Shown here piece by piece: positions 18,571 through 28,439 of a stretch of 64,000 nt of DNA. Origin of the DNA: a virus. The DNA is taken from positions 7,509 to 71,508 of IMG/VR virus record IMGVR_UViG_3300032092_000023; one strand, 5' to 3'. Under the pieces are notes generated by a model. It made no database searches, was not told the DNA's origin, and saw nothing but the letters and a program-made list of their open reading frames with translations. The first letter of the stretch is position 1, and each line of letters starts with the position of its first letter. Made by a program: the position numbers and the translations under genes.

Positions 18571-20199
18571 TTAAAATCCTCCCATTCCTCCGTCTGACTG
18601 CTGTTGAATCTGCTGTGCAAGTTTCATGTCAGCTAAATCTTTCTCTGCCTGCTCAGCCTTCATTCTTTCATTTGCCGCAATGTCATCTTGTGAAAGCTTG
18701 AGGTATTTCTCTATAACAAATCGTGGTGTAAAGTAAGGAACATCAACGTCCATGCCGGTAGCGTCCTTTTTCTTGTCCATGATTTGCATCATATTGGAAG
18801 CAAAGTCAAGTCGCTTACCTAACATATCCATTTGCTTAAGCTCTTCAAATATGTTATCTTTATTGTAAGTAATTGCCAAAGTAGATTTAAACAATTCATC
18901 TTCTGCAAGTTCTGGGTAAATAAGGCCCATTTGAATAAATAGTGGCTTGAGAACAATTTCTTGATAGATTGAGCGTAGTCGAGTAATAAACTTGAAGAAA
19001 CGAATTTCTTCTCGGTCAATACCGTCGGCTGATATTGAATACTGGCCGCCGCCGCCACCTCCCATACCTTTATCAAATCTTGAACCAGGTATCTTAGAAT
19101 CCTCAATTAATTTATCTTTAAAGTATTGTAGCTGTGCAGGATCGCTTAGGTCAAATCCTTCACCTCCCATAACAGATATGTCGGGTGACTCACCGTTCTT
19201 AGATGGAAACAAATAGTTCTTGTAAAATTGCATTGAAGGAGAGCCGTTAATTGAAAGCTCACCTGAATCTTGGTTAAGATTAACGTCTTCTTTATAAATG
19301 TTAATCATTTCCGCAAGAGCCTCTTTAGCTTTTTGCGGAGACTTGGTTCCTATAGGTACCACCATCTTCATGCGGTAACTGGCGTTCATGATGTTCCAGA
19401 TGACCCGGCTGTTTTCCATAATGCGCAATAGATTGAATGAACGTACCATTCTCTCCACATACGAAACACGGCCTGTGAAGTTACCTTTAGCGTATGATAT
19501 GTAAATTACTTGTGAATCAAGGAGAACTCGTTTCATCGCAGGAATATCTTCATACTGTACCCAGATTTTTTTATATGTTCCGTCACTTGCCTTTTCTACA
19601 CCAGGGCGTAAAGAAATTGGGTCCAACTCTTTAAAACCTACAATGTTTTTTCCATCTGGGTCAAATATGATTTCAAACGAAATGAAACCGTCAATTAAGA
19701 GCTGACGAAAATACGCCCAAGCATCGTGCCCACCGGAAAAATGAAAGTGTGCATAGATTTTCTTAAACTGTTGATTAAGCTCGGATATGACTTCTTTTTG
19801 ATTGTCCGGAGAAAGCACCTCTCTTACTTTACCGATGTCAACATTACAAAAGTAATTGGAGTCATCATAAACAATTGCTTCATCGGCAATGGTATCTACA
19901 ACAAATTCTATCTCAGGGTTCATTGCAAATTTTCTAAGATAGTCGCGTCTTGCTTTATAGTCTTTATCAAAAAACGCAATAAACTTTTTCTGACCTACAT
20001 CAGAAAGAGCTAATGAATATAAGAATTCTTCAGGTAAATATCCTTGGTTACCAAATTCTGCTTCTGTAACACCAATCGCTCTTGACTGCTTTACGACCAT
20101 ATCTTCGTATCGCATACCAAGATTGGCTAAATTCTTTAGACTTTTTGAAATCTGTCCAAACACGGGATTCACCCCAATTCTATCAATAAAACCTGCCAT
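18571..20199 (-). CDS. gp20: Portal protein
   Basis: R..AMNPEIE..VD.IADEAIV, FRQLLIDG, LDP, N.LRIME...VI, KAKE.L, IDREEIRFFKFI.RLR. Confidence 0.95.
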   Translation of the reverse strand: MAGFIDRIGVNPVFGQISKSLKNLANLGMRYEDMVVKQSRAIGVTEAEFGNQGYLPEEFLYSLALSDVGQKKFIAFFDKDYKARRDYLRKFAMNPEIEFVVDTIADEAIVYDDSNYFCNVDIGKVREVLSPDNQKEVISELNQQFKKIYAHFHFSGGHDAWAYFRQLLIDGFISFEIIFDPDGKNIVGFKELDPISLRPGVEKASDGTYKKIWVQYEDIPAMKRVLLDSQVIYISYAKGNFTGRVSYVERMVRSFNLLRIMENSRVIWNIMNASYRMKMVVPIGTKSPQKAKEALAEMINIYKEDVNLNQDSGELSINGSPSMQFYKNYLFPSKNGESPDISVMGGEGFDLSDPAQLQYFKDKLIEDSKIPGSRFDKGMGGGGGGQYSISADGIDREEIRFFKFITRLRSIYQEIVLKPLFIQMGLIYPELAEDELFKSTLAITYNKDNIFEELKQMDMLGKRLDFASNMMQIMDKKKDATGMDVDVPYFTPRFVIEKYLKLSQDDIAANERMKAEQAEKDLADMKLAQQIQQQSDGGMGGF

Positions 20200-20223
20200 G
20201 TATTTTTCTTTTTGTATATATTC

Positions 20224-20943
20224 TTACTTTCCAGGACGGATGTATTTCTTCTTATCTTTTGCTGTCTTAACTTTGTCAGGTACTTTTTTGTTTAACAGCC
20301 CCTTTACTTGAATGTACTCTTTCCAAACAGCTGCAGGAGGTTTTCCATTAAATTCCTTTGGCATGAAATACGGTATCATTTCCCAATCTTCCAATTCAAT
20401 AATAACCGGCTGCGTGATTCGGGGGATTATGTAATTTCGATATGCCCATTGATAACCAATCTTTCCTTGCTGATTGAATATCTTTATTGTAAAATACCAA
20501 TCGGTTAAGAACTTCCATGCACCTCTTAAACGTCCAATTGCTCCTTCATTTACCAGTTCCTCCGCATCTTTGAGATCATTCTTATAGATATCATAAAATA
20601 TCTGCAATGTTTGTACTCTTTGTAGTTCGGGTAAAAAATTAAGGTTCAGCCCTTGAACTATCATATTACCTTCTTTAGAGATAAACTGAGAATGAACAAG
20701 AACCATAGGTCGCTTATCGTAAAAGTCCAATACATCTTTATAGAGAGGGTCGTATTTCCAAGTGTAAATTCTGCCAGGAAGAAAAAACTTAAGTTGCTTT
20801 ACACTACCTCGTTCAAAAGTTTCTAGAAACCCGGTATCTGTGTACGGTTTTTTAAAATACTTGTCGTTAAAAAACTGATAGCCGTTCTTGCGAAGTTGAT
20901 CCTTTCTATCGGCTTCGCGGTATGCTTCAAGAGGTGCTTTCAT
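20224..20943 (-). CDS. gp2: DNA end protector protein (gp2-like)
   Basis: PGRIY.W.YDP..KD.L.FYD.RP.V...GLNLNFLP. Confidence 0.85.
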   Translation of the reverse strand: MKAPLEAYREADRKDQLRKNGYQFFNDKYFKKPYTDTGFLETFERGSVKQLKFFLPGRIYTWKYDPLYKDVLDFYDKRPMVLVHSQFISKEGNMIVQGLNLNFLPELQRVQTLQIFYDIYKNDLKDAEELVNEGAIGRLRGAWKFLTDWYFTIKIFNQQGKIGYQWAYRNYIIPRITQPVIIELEDWEMIPYFMPKEFNGKPPAAVWKEYIQVKGLLNKKVPDKVKTAKDKKKYIRPGK

Positions 20944-21461
20944 CTGCTAAACAAAAAATCTTCGGTAACTATAACAAACTTATAACCTCTTTCAGCAGCA
21001 AAAAGTTTTGCAGCGGAAAACTTAGCACGATTGACTAGCCAAGTCTTAAGAGCATAGTTATAGTTCTTGATTTTTTTGGTGGTTATTTTCTGTCCTTCAA
21101 GAAGAGGCTTTGTTAAAGATGCCTCCGGTTTTACTTCAGCCAAATAATCAACCTCGTTCTCTCCTTCTTTAACCCGCAAATAAAAGTCTACATAATAAGT
21201 ATGTGTCTTGTTACCTGCTGGGTTGTCGAGAGGACTAACATATTTTATACCAACGGGCTCCGATGACCATCGGATAACATTTTCATTGGTATCGCAATAC
21301 ACGCAAAATCGATGCTCCCAAGAAGAACGATATATGATTTGCGACGTATCACCAATGTACTTTTCCGTGTTAACTAATTTGTAATATCCTTGACGAAACC
21401 CGCTTTTGTGACTGGGTTTATTTGACTTAATATCACTCACAATGATTGCTTTATTATACAT
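20940..21461 (-). CDS. gp4: Head completion nuclease (gp4-like); start may be the GTG at 21440
   Basis: QG.Y...N.EKYIGD..QIIYRSSWE..F..YCD.N..V..WSSE, YYVDF, EVKP, N.AK..AA. Confidence 0.92.
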   Translation of the reverse strand: MYNKAIIVSDIKSNKPSHKSGFRQGYYKLVNTEKYIGDTSQIIYRSSWEHRFCVYCDTNENVIRWSSEPVGIKYVSPLDNPAGNKTHTYYVDFYLRVKEGENEVDYLAEVKPEASLTKPLLEGQKITTKKIKNYNYALKTWLVNRAKFSAAKLFAAERGYKFVIVTEDFLFSR

Positions 21462-21504
21462 TAATGTCTTTTTTCATCATAATGATTACTTTATTATACA
21501 TTAA
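21441..21504. repeat. 24-bp direct repeat (23/24 identical), 40-bp period
   Basis: aatgatt(g/a)ctttattatacattaa at 21441-21464 and 21481-21504. Confidence 0.9.
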
Positions 21505-21845
21505 ATACTGTAAAGGTTTTCGTTACTTAAAGAGATTTTTGATGTTGCACTTAACGGATGAAGCTTACGCCATCCTTTAGCAAATCCGTGTTTTATAATC
21601 TGCGTGTAATACGCAAAAGGATAATTTGATTTTTCTGGGTTATAACTTCTCCAGTATTTAATAACATCCATTAAAGCAAAAGCAATGCAATCTTTGCGAT
21701 CCTCTTCATCTTTATACTTTAGTTTTTTTGATGTTTCTTTTGCCATAAGCATGAACATTTCCACTGCTCGTGGAGTAAGCTCGTCGTTTTCTTTTGAGAT
21801 AAGAATCTCTTTCTTAAGCTCTTCTGGGTTTATGTAATTTGCCAT
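21501..21845 (-). CDS. gp55: Late-transcription sigma factor (gp55-like), compact 114 aa
   Basis: NYIN..EL, D.I..A.....KYW..YNPEKS.YPFAYYTQI...F. Confidence 0.88.
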   Translation of the reverse strand: MANYINPEELKKEILISKENDELTPRAVEMFMLMAKETSKKLKYKDEEDRKDCIAFALMDVIKYWRSYNPEKSNYPFAYYTQIIKHGFAKGWRKLHPLSATSKISLSNENLYSI

Positions 21846-21853
21846 AGTTAGTA

Positions 21854-22474
21854 TTAGTTAGTGTTTGCAGAAGATGATACTTCCGATTCGTCATCAAGAC
21901 TCTTAACATACGATTGAAGTTCTGCCATGCAAACATTTAATGAATCAAATGAAAGCTTGCTGTTTTCTTCAACTGTCTTTTTTAATTCTGCAAGCTCTCC
22001 TATGATTCCATTAACGGAATCAGTTAAGCCTGCAAGAAATCCTGTGAGTTCATCGGGTTTGTTTTCCCCTGTTTTGGGGTTAGCAGCGATATCATTCTCT
22101 GAATTATATACACCTACTTCATTTAGTTCTAGGTGCTTCTTTTTTACCCGTGACTTTCTTGTGCCATCAATAATAATTTCGATATCGTCATTATCGCCTT
22201 TTGATGTATAATCAACTGCCTTGATTAAAACGGGGAAACCTGCTTCTTTACCTGGATAAGTTTTACCTAAAGATCCTTTAACAAAACCATAGGCCTCGCG
22301 AATTCCTACCGTTGCTCCGTCTCCCTGAGATTGTATCTCAAGGTCGTTTCCTGGTTTGGATTCTGAGGCCTTCTTGGTTACTTTAATGTCTGCTGGTTTG
22401 ACGGTTTCTGTTGTTCCGTCGTCAAACTTAATTACAATAGTTTTTCCTGCTCCGCTTAAGCTAGTGACTACTGC
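21854..22474 (-). CDS. Un-called 206-codon frame with no start codon near its 5' end; -1 frameshift extension of 22468..24054
   Basis: Translated by hand: AVVTSLSGAGKTIVIKFDDGTTETVKPADIKV...SSANTN*. No stops; fills the gap exactly; joined at A_AAA_AAG (T9 at 22475-22483). Confidence 0.8.
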   Translation of the reverse strand, partial: AVVTSLSGAGKTIVIKFDDGTTETVKPADIKVTKKASESKPGNDLEIQSQGDGATVGIREAYGFVKGSLGKTYPGKEAGFPVLIKAVDYTSKGDNDDIEIIIDGTRKSRVKKKHLELNEVGVYNSENDIAANPKTGENKPDELTGFLAGLTDSVNGIIGELAELKKTVEENSKLSFDSLNVCMAELQSYVKSLDDESEVSSSANTN

Positions 22475-24054
22475 TTTTTTTTTAAGTATTCAACTTCGTC
22501 ACCTGCATTTACACCTAATCCTTCAGTCACATGAGTGAAAGCATTTATGGCATTCTTTGCATTGTAGTATTCTTCTCTAACAGAGTCAACCTCTTCTTGA
22601 ATTGCGGCAATAAGTTCTTTTACTTCAGAAGATTCGCGAACATCTACATCTGTAATGGATTCAAGAATATTCTTTCTTTCTTCTAAGTAATTGATTGCGT
22701 CCATACATTCAGTAGCCTTTTCTTGAAGATCAACAATTGTTTTATCTTCTTTAGATAGAAGCTCTTTAAACGTTAATCCTAAATCATAGCTAGCAAACTC
22801 CATAACAAGATTTCTACTTTGCGATGCATTGCAATTAGGATAGAATCGTGTTTCATTCATTAGGTTGTCAGCAGTGAAGATAAAAGTGTTTTCGTTTAAC
22901 TTAAAAACATCAGCACGACGATGAGGCATTCCTTTTGGATAAATTGACTTCGTAAAGTCAAGCTCAAAGATAGCATCCCAATGTTCAACCAATTGGCCGA
23001 CTGCGCTAATTACTTCTCTTTCCTCCATACGGAAAACACCGGAATTAAGATACACACGGTGGAATTCATCTTTAGTTACTTTCTTGTTATTAACAAAGAT
23101 AGCAAGACCTTCGGATTCTTCGACAAGTTCCACCTTTTTATCACGAGAGAAAACCTTAATGGAGTTTTCTAAAATCTCTACATTATTTTGCGATAAGAAA
23201 GATGAGATAAATGTAAAGTAAGAAGGGAGTTTGGCATTTTCATCTTCGGTTAACGGTCGCATTTTGTTGCCGTTCTTTACGTAGGCTACACCGTTTACCG
23301 CAAAAATTTCGTCGTTCTCTGAAATGATTACCGGTGAGTATGATTTCTTGACAATTACGTCAGCACCAGTTGCTTTAAGTTGAAAAGAATTTTCAGATTC
23401 TATTACAACATTATGTAAATTGCGAATTGCTTTGTCATGCAAGTATTTACCAAGCGATTCGATTAGAGCAACACGATTTGTTGGTGTTCTGTGATTAAGA
23501 TATTCATTGATATGTTTTTCAATCCCTGTCATTAAGAAAGCAGAGCTAGAATTGTTTTTTGCTTCGTGAACAGCTTTATAAATCTTGATGTCTTCAGAAT
23601 ATTTCTTGCTGTTTACGGTTAATTCATCAATAGCTTGTTTTACCGTAGGATCCCACGAAAACGGTGCCAAAGATTCAAGTACGTGATCAACGATCAGCCA
23701 CTCAGGAAGGCTTTCTACTTTGGAAAGTTTTTCCAACATGTATAATGCAGTAGGATGTTTTGCCAGCTCAGATTCTCTAATGCTCTTAAGCGATTTCTTT
23801 ACACCCAAATTGTGCATTTCGGTAATACGTGTGATTTCCGTAACGAAATTGACTACATCGCTATCATTGATGTTTTCGAGATCGCTAATCAGTCCTTCTG
23901 AGATTTTCATCTCAATTTGCTCAACAGCTTCCGGTGAAATGTTGAAGATAGAGTATTCGGTGCACTTCTTGAGAGCCTCTGTACAAACGTTTTTAGCTTC
24001 TTCTGAAGAAGTAGAGGAGATTAGCCCTTCAATTCTTTTTCTCAAATTTGACAT
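22468..24054 (-). CDS. Late, probably virion-associated hypothetical protein (helical/coiled-coil)
   Basis: 528 aa; GATATATA upstream at 24079-24086; ends EYLKKKQ at the slippery site. Confidence 0.75.
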   Translation of the reverse strand: MSNLRKRIEGLISSTSSEEAKNVCTEALKKCTEYSIFNISPEAVEQIEMKISEGLISDLENINDSDVVNFVTEITRITEMHNLGVKKSLKSIRESELAKHPTALYMLEKLSKVESLPEWLIVDHVLESLAPFSWDPTVKQAIDELTVNSKKYSEDIKIYKAVHEAKNNSSSAFLMTGIEKHINEYLNHRTPTNRVALIESLGKYLHDKAIRNLHNVVIESENSFQLKATGADVIVKKSYSPVIISENDEIFAVNGVAYVKNGNKMRPLTEDENAKLPSYFTFISSFLSQNNVEILENSIKVFSRDKKVELVEESEGLAIFVNNKKVTKDEFHRVYLNSGVFRMEEREVISAVGQLVEHWDAIFELDFTKSIYPKGMPHRRADVFKLNENTFIFTADNLMNETRFYPNCNASQSRNLVMEFASYDLGLTFKELLSKEDKTIVDLQEKATECMDAINYLEERKNILESITDVDVRESSEVKELIAAIQEEVDSVREEYYNAKNAINAFTHVTEGLGVNAGDEVEYLKKKQ

Positions 24055-24107
24055 CTTTTATATGTTTATTTTCTTGTTTATATATCTCGAGTTTACTCAA
24101 GTTTTTA

Positions 24108-25661
24108 TCACTGTATGTAGATTTTTCCAATCGTTGATGATGTAATATAAGACCCACCAGTGATTTGCGCGTTTACATTATTATTTATACCTAATCTGTT
24201 TTGGATAGGATCAGCATATGTAATCGTTGATCCTGGTGGGACACCTATACCTTCAACGGTTAACCCAATAAGCAAAGACTTATCAAGTAAAGATGATACA
24301 GCAGGATTAACATTTTTGATATATGCGTTTCCTGGAGCAGGAAGCGTACTGTCCACATCTCCGGTAAAACTTAGCTCTTCATTAAGTTCTTTATATGTAA
24401 GTTCAGAGTTAGCGTCTTCTATCTTAAGTTCAATTTCAGTTAAAGATGAAGGAGTAAATCCTGCGCCTTGATTAACGATTGTGTAACCTACAACTTCTCC
24501 GCCAATGACGTTAGCCTGGATCACAGGTTCAATAAAATTGGCAGGAAGAACAGGAGGCGTAGGGAAGATACCCACTTCTATGATATCAGTCGAGCCGTAT
24601 GAAAATCCTTTATCAAAAATAATGATTTTTTCGACTTCGCCTAATGCGTTAATGATAGGCCGCGTTTTTCCACCTCTTCCACTAGATGTGGTTATTGAAG
24701 ATCTTTGCGGTTCAAATACAATTTCGTTTCCGCTAGAATTAAAGAACGGTAGTTCCCAATTGTAATATCCGTTGTTTACTTGATTCTTGGCAATGGGAAT
24801 CCATGTGTCGGTGCCCGCTATTCTATAATAGAGGTTAACTCGCAAAATAGGTCCGGTGTTTGTCCAAGTAATTGGTAGGGAGCCGCCGGAAAAGAAAGTT
24901 TCTTGTGAGATTGGTGATTCAAAGGAAAATGTAGAAGGCTTTGGGCGCCCAGGAAAGGTTTCATCAAGTGAAGCTGAATTTCCTCCGATATCCATTCGGT
25001 TTGCGTTACTTCTTAATGTAGTAGAATCAAGTACTGGGTAATATGTTTCTACTTCAATATTAAACTTGACTAGGATTCTTTCATTTGATTGATAGCTAAA
25101 TTGAAAAGTTTTTTCTACACCAAATTCTTCAGAGAATCCTGCTTGACACGGAATTCTAAATCCTCGAAAATTAACAGAGAAAACTTGTGTCTTATAGAAA
25201 GTTTCCATAAGAGCCTGCTCAACCTTAAATGCGTCAAGATTACTATCAACTTCTACCTCAATAGTAAATGTCATTGAGAGAGGAAGAGAATTTATGAAAG
25301 CGTTAAATTGCTGTATCTCACCATTGACCTCTTTAACAAAAGTACCACGAACAAACCTATGAGTTAGTTTTGAACTGTCAATACTTTTTGAGTCCATTGT
25401 TACAATACCACGGGGTATGACATCGTAATTCCCGTCTGCATGCCGAGGATGAATGCAATCATTCCACTGTAAAAAGTAGTCCTGTAAAAATCTTTCGTCA
25501 CCTCCCATATTGTAGAAGAACGGAACATAGACAATATCTATGACGCTGTCTGACAAAACATTTTCAAAGAAAACCTTGCTATTCAGTAGATTAACGATTC
25601 CAACAATGACAGCTCGTGAGTGTACATTATCTGTGTTGTACTTGTGGAGGAAGTTTCCCAT
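24108..25661 (-). CDS. gp15: Tail terminator / sheath stabilizer (gp15-like) with C-terminal beta domains
   Basis: VPFFY..G.DERFL, IPRG..........D..KL, P....F pattern of gp15; late motif 5 nt upstream of the ATG. Confidence 0.65.
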   Translation of the reverse strand: MGNFLHKYNTDNVHSRAVIVGIVNLLNSKVFFENVLSDSVIDIVYVPFFYNMGGDERFLQDYFLQWNDCIHPRHADGNYDVIPRGIVTMDSKSIDSSKLTHRFVRGTFVKEVNGEIQQFNAFINSLPLSMTFTIEVEVDSNLDAFKVEQALMETFYKTQVFSVNFRGFRIPCQAGFSEEFGVEKTFQFSYQSNERILVKFNIEVETYYPVLDSTTLRSNANRMDIGGNSASLDETFPGRPKPSTFSFESPISQETFFSGGSLPITWTNTGPILRVNLYYRIAGTDTWIPIAKNQVNNGYYNWELPFFNSSGNEIVFEPQRSSITTSSGRGGKTRPIINALGEVEKIIIFDKGFSYGSTDIIEVGIFPTPPVLPANFIEPVIQANVIGGEVVGYTIVNQGAGFTPSSLTEIELKIEDANSELTYKELNEELSFTGDVDSTLPAPGNAYIKNVNPAVSSLLDKSLLIGLTVEGIGVPPGSTITYADPIQNRLGINNNVNAQITGGSYITSSTIGKIYIQ

Positions 25662-25672
25662 CTAAGTATATA

Positions 25673-27349
25673 TCATTGTATTTTTTCCACGGTTACATTA
25701 GAGAATCCGTTGTTTTTTGATATTTCTAATCGGTAATCAAATATTTCGGTAGGTAACTGACTATGATTAATCACAAATATGTTTAGGTTAAGGTCCTTAC
25801 AAGTTTTGTGAAGGACTCCTAAAATATGATAGATACCATCGCTATCAATGGATGAAAAGATTTCATCTAAGAAGACTAAGTTAACGCCAGCAAATTTCAT
25901 CTTCATCATTCGGATTAATGCTATCAATGCAGCAAAGTCAACTTTCTTTCGTTCACCGGTGCTTAGTTGCTCAGGTGCTACCTTAAATCCAAGATGTTGA
26001 ATGTCAGCTTCAAACTCTTCATTAAAAGTTACTCGGTAATCCATATTAAGATCAGCAAGAACCCTTTTAATTTCTGAGTTCAGCAATGGCAAGATTCTTC
26101 GTAAAGCAAGAAGCTTAATTCCTTTATCGCCAAAGATGTCTTCCACTATTTTGTAAAAGTTAGCCTTTCTCTCTTCTACATCTTTACGAGTCCGTGCCTC
26201 TTCTTGTTTCTTTTGCGAATCATCAATGATGTTCTTTAACGATGATGTTTGCTCATCGCTGCCGTTAGACACATTCATCTTGGTTAGCTCTGCATGAATT
26301 CCGTCTATCTTTGCCTTTGCGGTTATCTTCTTGCGATTGGTTTCATCGTATAAACCCTTTAGATGTTTTCTTTTTCCTTGTAGATCTATTTGCAGTACCT
26401 TTATTTCATCAATCTCTGCTTTTACATCAAGGTTTTGTTTTTTGTATTCTTGTAAGATACCTTGATAATAATCAGTGGTTAAATCAGATTCGCAGGTAGG
26501 GCACTTTCCTTTTTCATAAAGACTTATTTTTTCTGACCGATGACGGCATTCCCATTCTAACTTTGAAGTACTTTTATTCCAAGTCTCTAACGATTCGCTT
26601 AAGTCTTTATCTTTATCTTCAATTTGTGATAAGTGTGACTGCGCTTTTTCTATATACCCATTTAACTTATTTAAGCTTTCTAATAATTCTTCCCGTTTTT
26701 CTTCACCAGCAATCTTTAGTTTTTCATTAAGCGAATCGAGTTCTTCGTTTGATTTTTGAATAGTTCGGTCAAGAACAGATATCTCAGTAGTGATGAGTTC
26801 TGCCTGTTCTTTCAATAGCTTAACCTGATAACGAACTTTCCATTTAACAGCGCCAATAATCTCTAAGCCAAAGAGTCTATCAATTATCATCCTCTTATCA
26901 TGAACACGCATGCTGATAAAACTTTTAAAATCGTTGATTGAGAGGCTGATCATATTATTGAACACATAGTACGGAATACCTAAGATTTCCTCTTCTAGGA
27001 ATTCCTGCATATTTTTCTTTCCTGCTTGGTCGTATTCAATTCCATTAATGAAGAGACGAAAAACGCTAGGTGCTAAACCTCTTTCAATAGTTACCAGAGT
27101 TGTAGGATTCTTTTCAACTACAATCTTGACATGTGCGTTTCCGTTAAACCTATTAGGTATGTCACGCAACGATTTTGAATCAACCTTGCCGTAAAGTCCA
27201 AACTTAATAACGTCAGAAATTGTAGACTTACCCGCTCCGTTTGAGCCTACAACAAGAAAGAAACTCCCTTCTTGATCGTCAAACGTAATGTTCTGTGACT
27301 TATTTCCGTATGACCCAAAATTCTTAAATGATATACTACGTATTTTCAT
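25673..27349 (-). CDS. gp46: Recombination endonuclease ATPase subunit (Rad50/SbcC-like)
   Basis: FKNFGSYGN, GSNGAGKST, CPTC zinc hook, LSTGE, FLDEIFSSID. Confidence 0.95.
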   Translation of the reverse strand: MKIRSISFKNFGSYGNKSQNITFDDQEGSFFLVVGSNGAGKSTISDVIKFGLYGKVDSKSLRDIPNRFNGNAHVKIVVEKNPTTLVTIERGLAPSVFRLFINGIEYDQAGKKNMQEFLEEEILGIPYYVFNNMISLSINDFKSFISMRVHDKRMIIDRLFGLEIIGAVKWKVRYQVKLLKEQAELITTEISVLDRTIQKSNEELDSLNEKLKIAGEEKREELLESLNKLNGYIEKAQSHLSQIEDKDKDLSESLETWNKSTSKLEWECRHRSEKISLYEKGKCPTCESDLTTDYYQGILQEYKKQNLDVKAEIDEIKVLQIDLQGKRKHLKGLYDETNRKKITAKAKIDGIHAELTKMNVSNGSDEQTSSLKNIIDDSQKKQEEARTRKDVEERKANFYKIVEDIFGDKGIKLLALRRILPLLNSEIKRVLADLNMDYRVTFNEEFEADIQHLGFKVAPEQLSTGERKKVDFAALIALIRMMKMKFAGVNLVFLDEIFSSIDSDGIYHILGVLHKTCKDLNLNIFVINHSQLPTEIFDYRLEISKNNGFSNVTVEKIQ

Positions 27350-28439
27350 AACTCCGTTTTTCTTCAAGTTCTTTAGAGGCTTCGTGATAGAAACGAACGC
27401 TGACCTCTTTTAGTTTTTCTTTTACCTGTTCGCTGTAAGGTAAGCCTTCAACATAATTTTCAATCATACTAAGAATGCTGATTTCCTGGCCATCTTCTAC
27501 ATCCTGTTGCGTATCGTCGGCAGATTCTTCATCCGTTATGATAATGTGATTAATTCTTCGATACCCCGTAAAGTTTTCAATAAAGGTTGAGAAAGGAAAC
27601 TTCAAAGCCCACTGCGGACTTATTAGTATATCAACAAAATTGTTATTGAAAAGATCCTGCAGTTCTTCCACATTCTTTTCCAAAATCCATTCTAATCGGT
27701 ATCGCAAAAACTTAGGTGATACGGTATTTTCCCAGCAACGTTCTTCATTGGTTTCTAAGTCAAGCAGCCAAATTGCTTTCGTGTTTCCCATGTCTGACCG
27801 AGTCAGTTCATAAGGTGCACCTAACATCCGTACGTTCTTTTTCTTTTGTGAGTAGTGGATGTGACCAGAGTAAACACGTTCATATCCGCCAAAAACATCA
27901 ATATCAGCGCCGTGTTCAATTTTGGTGTAACGATTAAATGAAAGACCGCTAACGTCTGCGTGGCAAAACAGAATGTCCGCCGAATTCTTTGGGTCCTTAA
28001 TGATTTGCGTTAGCTCATCATGTTCCTCAACCCAAGGAAGAAAAAACATTTTCTTACCTGCATGATTGGTTATCATTTGCGGTTCTTCAAACACATGAAA
28101 GTTGGATAAGTGTTTGAATATCTTCATTGAGTTAACCTCATTGGAATACTTCATAAAGATATCATGGTTACCCACAATCGTATAAACCGGCATAATAGCT
28201 GCAATGTCTTCCATAATAGACATTGCACGGTTCATCACATATAAGTTAATTGACTGCCGTGAGTCAAATGTATCTCCGCAATGGACAATGATATCGCCTG
28301 GGCGCCCTTCAGTTTTTAGGAGAGGAATAAACTGTTCGCGAAAGAAGCTTTCAATAATGTCCATCCACTCTCGTGAATTTGAACGTACACCAAAATGTGT
28401 ATCGGTTATCAGCCAAACTCTGTTTGCTTCAATCTTCAT
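27336..28439 (-). CDS. gp47: Recombination endonuclease nuclease subunit (Mre11/SbcD-like)
   Basis: TDTHFG, GDTFDSR, GNHD, SGHIH, G.PYELT.SD. Confidence 0.95.
   Translation of the reverse strand: MKIEANRVWLITDTHFGVRSNSREWMDIIESFFREQFIPLLKTEGRPGDIIVHCGDTFDSRQSINLYVMNRAMSIMEDIAAIMPVYTIVGNHDIFMKYSNEVNSMKIFKHLSNFHVFEEPQMITNHAGKKMFFLPWVEEHDELTQIIKDPKNSADILFCHADVSGLSFNRYTKIEHGADIDVFGGYERVYSGHIHYSQKKKNVRMLGAPYELTRSDMGNTKAIWLLDLETNEERCWENTVSPKFLRYRLEWILEKNVEELQDLFNNNFVDILISPQWALKFPFSTFIENFTGYRRINHIIITDEESADDTQQDVEDGQEISILSMIENYVEGLPYSEQVKEKLKEVSVRFYHEASKELEEKRSYENT

Noticed and set aside
20940-21461. TnsA-like transposase / Tn7 element
   Set aside because: Motifs and position next to gp2 and the portal gene identify it as the gp4 head-completion nuclease.
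22430-22474. Stimulatory hairpin 3' of the slippery site
   Set aside because: Only weak pairing (GCAGTAGT/ACTATTGT with G-U pairs) that starts too close to the heptamer; not supportable without folding.
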